Shown here: in pieces, positions 33,831 to 36,285 of the stretch
Layout of the letters: each line of letters starts with the position of its first letter
Numbering within the stretch: the stretch's first letter is position 1
Source of the DNA: a virus
Direction: 5' to 3' (one strand)
Length of the DNA: 36,285 nt
UHGV virus genome: UHGV-0162400
Notes under the pieces: model-generated
Database searches by the model: none
What the model was told of the DNA's origin: nothing
Seen by the model: only the letters and a program-made list of their open reading frames with translations
Program-made: the position numbers and the translations under genes

Positions 33831-34910
33831 TTAGTATGTTACGACTATAGCCTTTGCGTTGCCGGGAGCGGTATTGAATGTTATCACGCCCGATGACTTG
33901 TCATAGCTGTAGTCTGTTGTCGCTGTGCCGTCCACAGTTACGCCGATGAGCTTTTCGGGCTTGTCGGTCACCGTAAATGTCGTGGCTGAGCCGTTACCTG
34001 CGAATGTCTGCGTCAGAGCAGATACATTCATGATACAGCCGTCAACAAACAGGTGATCTATCGCAAATGTACCGTTGTACTTGCGGTTCTGGTACAGATA
34101 GTTGTCTGCCGTTCTGCTGTCAGAGCCGGGAGCAAACAGATGTATATATGCGTACTTATCTCTTGACACCTGGCATTCGGGGTCAATGAGAATGTAGTTT
34201 ATCTGCTTTGCACCGACACCGGACTTACAGCCGTCCGTGAAATCGTACACGGTCTTGAAACGAGCTGAGGGAACTGTAACGATATTGCCTATATCGTCAA
34301 CGGAATGGATACGTCTGTCGATACCGCCGCCGCTCTTGATGTCGAGCGTTCTCTGAATACCCTCTGCGTTCTTGAGTATCGTCTTATAGTCTGCGGTGAC
34401 ATAGAGTATCATTCTGTCAAGAGGCACGCCCTTATCTTCAAGTGTCTTGAGGTTCTCGTCAAAGTCCTTGAGGACATTCTCAATCGTGAGCTTGTCGTGC
34501 TTTATTGTTGCACCCACTCTTACAGCCTCTGCATACAGCTTTGAGAATGTATAGCTGTCGTGTTCGGGGATTGCCTGCGTCCTGTCGAAACGGCTCTGAA
34601 TGTTCGCCAGTGATACAACGGTATCGGTTTCGTCAAAGTCCATAGGATCTACTACGAACTCGATAGAACGGTCGTGATCGAGCGTCTTTGTTTCGTAGTT
34701 GTTCTCGTATGTACCCTGAGGGAAGCCGAGCGATGCTCTTGTGTGGTCCTTATAGCCGGATACCGACAGAGTGGGTATCTTGATTGTTTTTCCGCCTCTG
34801 AGCTGAATATCGGAATTTGAGTGATAGAGAGCGTCGGCCTTTGATTCCTGACCGTAAAGCTCTCTGAGCTGATTGGTATACTGTTCAGCATAGTTGATTG
34901 TGTTTGACAT
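33831..34910 (-). CDS. Major capsid protein with C-terminal beta-rich extension
   Basis: GGKTIKIP, LDHDRSIEFVVDPMD, AIPEHDSYTFSKL; follows the scaffold gene. Confidence 0.88.
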   Translation of the reverse strand: MSNTINYAEQYTNQLRELYGQESKADALYHSNSDIQLRGGKTIKIPTLSVSGYKDHTRASLGFPQGTYENNYETKTLDHDRSIEFVVDPMDFDETDTVVSLANIQSRFDRTQAIPEHDSYTFSKLYAEAVRVGATIKHDKLTIENVLKDFDENLKTLEDKGVPLDRMILYVTADYKTILKNAEGIQRTLDIKSGGGIDRRIHSVDDIGNIVTVPSARFKTVYDFTDGCKSGVGAKQINYILIDPECQVSRDKYAYIHLFAPGSDSRTADNYLYQNRKYNGTFAIDHLFVDGCIMNVSALTQTFAGNGSATTFTVTDKPEKLIGVTVDGTATTDYSYDKSSGVITFNTAPGNAKAIVVTY

Positions 34911-34928
34911 TTTTACACCTTACCTTTC

Positions 34929-35456
34929 TTACTTCTTTTTCTTGATACCGAATGCGTTATCAAGTCTGCTGTTGTCGGGCTTTTCTTCCTTGTCGGAACT
35001 GCCTGCTCCGACCTTGAAGCCGCCCTGCTTCTTGCTGTCGCCCACGTCAGCCTTCATATCGGGATATTTCTTGACTACTGCCGACAGCGCCGAGTTGATG
35101 TTTTCGCTTTTGCCGGACTTGACATAGCTTTCGGCAATAGCCACAGCATCGTCCATACAGTCGGGCTTCACACCGAGCGACATTGCGGCTATCTGTGTTT
35201 TCAGCCTTAAAATCTCCTCGTCCTTTGCATCGGGAACGGCGGGTGCAGGCTCAGATTCGGGCTTATCCGCCTTTTCTTCGGGCTTATCGTCCTTCTTGTC
35301 CTCTGCCTTGCTCTCATCGGGCTTCTCTGCCATGCCGTTATCGTCCGTCTGCTTGTTTTCGGCGGGCTTCTCTTCGGGCTTGGGCTCGTCCTTCTGCTCC
35401 GCTGCGGGAGCGTCGGGCTTCTTCTCCTCTTCGGGAGTTTTCTTTTCGGGTTCCAT
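34929..35456 (-). CDS. Capsid scaffolding protein
   Basis: Highly charged N-terminal half; VVKKYP, GFKVG; immediately upstream of the capsid gene. Confidence 0.75.
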   Translation of the reverse strand: MEPEKKTPEEEKKPDAPAAEQKDEPKPEEKPAENKQTDDNGMAEKPDESKAEDKKDDKPEEKADKPESEPAPAVPDAKDEEILRLKTQIAAMSLGVKPDCMDDAVAIAESYVKSGKSENINSALSAVVKKYPDMKADVGDSKKQGGFKVGAGSSDKEEKPDNSRLDNAFGIKKKK

Positions 35457-35488
35457 TGCTTTTCCTCGCTTTCTTTGATTTTGGGTAT

Positions 35489-35515
35489 AAAAATACCGCT
35501 CCTAATGGGGCGGTA
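35489..35515 (-). terminator. Terminator-like hairpin
   Basis: Minus strand TACCGCCCC-ATTA-GGAGCGGTA-TTTTT. Confidence 0.65.
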
Positions 35516-35557
35516 AAATTATTAAGTTTGGTTGTGCAATCAATTGCACACGGGTAT

Positions 35558-35588
35558 AAGAAAACCGCTCACTGCTGTGAGCGGTTTT
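35558..35588 (-). terminator. Terminator after the candidate immunity gene
   Basis: Minus strand AAAACCGCTCAC-AGCA-GTGAGCGGTTTT-CTT. Confidence 0.75.
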
Positions 35589-35727
35589 ATGAGTTCATTT
35601 TTTCCTCCCAGTCTTTTCGGGTTTCTTCATCCCAGTCATCTTCTCCAGAATTTATAGCCTTAATCAAATCGGATTTAGCTTTTTCAATTAATTCTCTGGG
35701 AATACGTACATTCGCATTACCTTTCAT
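35587..35727 (-). CDS. 46-aa candidate immunity protein (absent from the ORF track)
   Basis: GAGGTG RBS; ATGA overlap with the ART stop; MKGNANVRIPRELIEKAKSDLIKAINSGEDDWDEETRKDWEEKMNS. Confidence 0.7.
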   Translation of the reverse strand: MKGNANVRIPRELIEKAKSDLIKAINSGEDDWDEETRKDWEEKMNS

Positions 35728-36285
35728 ATTATCACCTCTAAAGTTATAGTTGTCCCATCAACATCCAAAATGCTATATTTAAGATTTTTATCGAATAAAA
35801 ACTCTCTCTGATTTGGATATTTGCTCAATAATTCAATATACGCACCCTTGCTTCCTTTCTTAGCAAATATAATTAAATTATAATTACCGCTTATCGCACC
35901 TGATTTAGTTACTGCTGAACTAACAAACTGCTTAGGCTCATATATATCGCCAACTTTCATTCCTTCCACAGGATTGTAATTGACAGAACGGTAACAGATA
36001 ATGTCGTGCTTTAACTCAAACTTCGCTATCGCACCCGATATAACATCAGAATAATATTTCAAAGTGTCATCTTCGGGAATATCCCCACGAAGCATTGAAT
36101 TAAGTCTTGCATAGAACTTATCGTCTTTGGGATCTCCGCTGTTCTTCGTGTACTTCTTGATTGCTCTGACTTCTTCTGAGGACAGACGGTTAATCCATTC
36201 CTTTGAATCTTCACGCAATACAGGGACAACAGTATCTGCCGACAATGGCTCGAAAACTGTTTCTTCCTCTATTATATCACTTTCA
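35724..36285 (-). CDS. ADP-ribosyltransferase (VIP2/C3-like) domain, C-terminal part of the minor capsid fusion
   Basis: AIKKYT, LNSMLRG, CYRS (catalytic R), FVSSA (STS-like), GAYI...NQREFL (QxE); frame open to the window end. Confidence 0.88.
   Translation of the reverse strand, partial: ESDIIEEETVFEPLSADTVVPVLREDSKEWINRLSSEEVRAIKKYTKNSGDPKDDKFYARLNSMLRGDIPEDDTLKYYSDVISGAIAKFELKHDIICYRSVNYNPVEGMKVGDIYEPKQFVSSAVTKSGAISGNYNLIIFAKKGSKGAYIELLSKYPNQREFLFDKNLKYSILDVDGTTITLEVII

Overview
The window appears to be the complete, circularly permuted 36,285-bp genome of a temperate siphophage of a Firmicutes host (probably Clostridia; inferred from gene families and strong GGAGG RBSs). Two observations indicate the excised, circular form. 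First, the minor-capsid ORF runs off position 1 and continues in frame at 36285 into an ADP-ribosyltransferase domain. Second, an intact attP (tRNA 3' end plus arm-type repeats) lies between the integrase and the endolysin. Minus-strand modules: early/recombination/replication (cro, HTH/xis-like, pentapeptide protein, PcfK/PcfJ-like, DUF3102-like, Gp157, Sak4-like ATPase, helicase, VRR-NUC, SSB-like, primase-D5 helicase, likely ori), late activator, a low-GC moron, terS/terL, portal, minor capsid-toxin, head, tail, holin and amidase. The plus strand carries the lysogeny module (cI, TPR protein, integrase). The most notable non-standard signals are: (1) a solitary type I-C CRISPR repeat 10 nt upstream of the integrase RBS; (2) a MuF-like minor capsid-ART toxin with an internal promoter and an unannotated 46-aa candidate immunity gene; (3) a moron with an ACG start whose RBS could be sequestered in late read-through mRNA; (4) a TGTGCA-N6-TGCACA palindrome found both inside the DUF3102-like gene and 22 kb away; (5) a short antisense promoter-terminator unit over the PcfK/AcrIIA9-like leader. 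All family assignments come from motif recognition; no searches were run.
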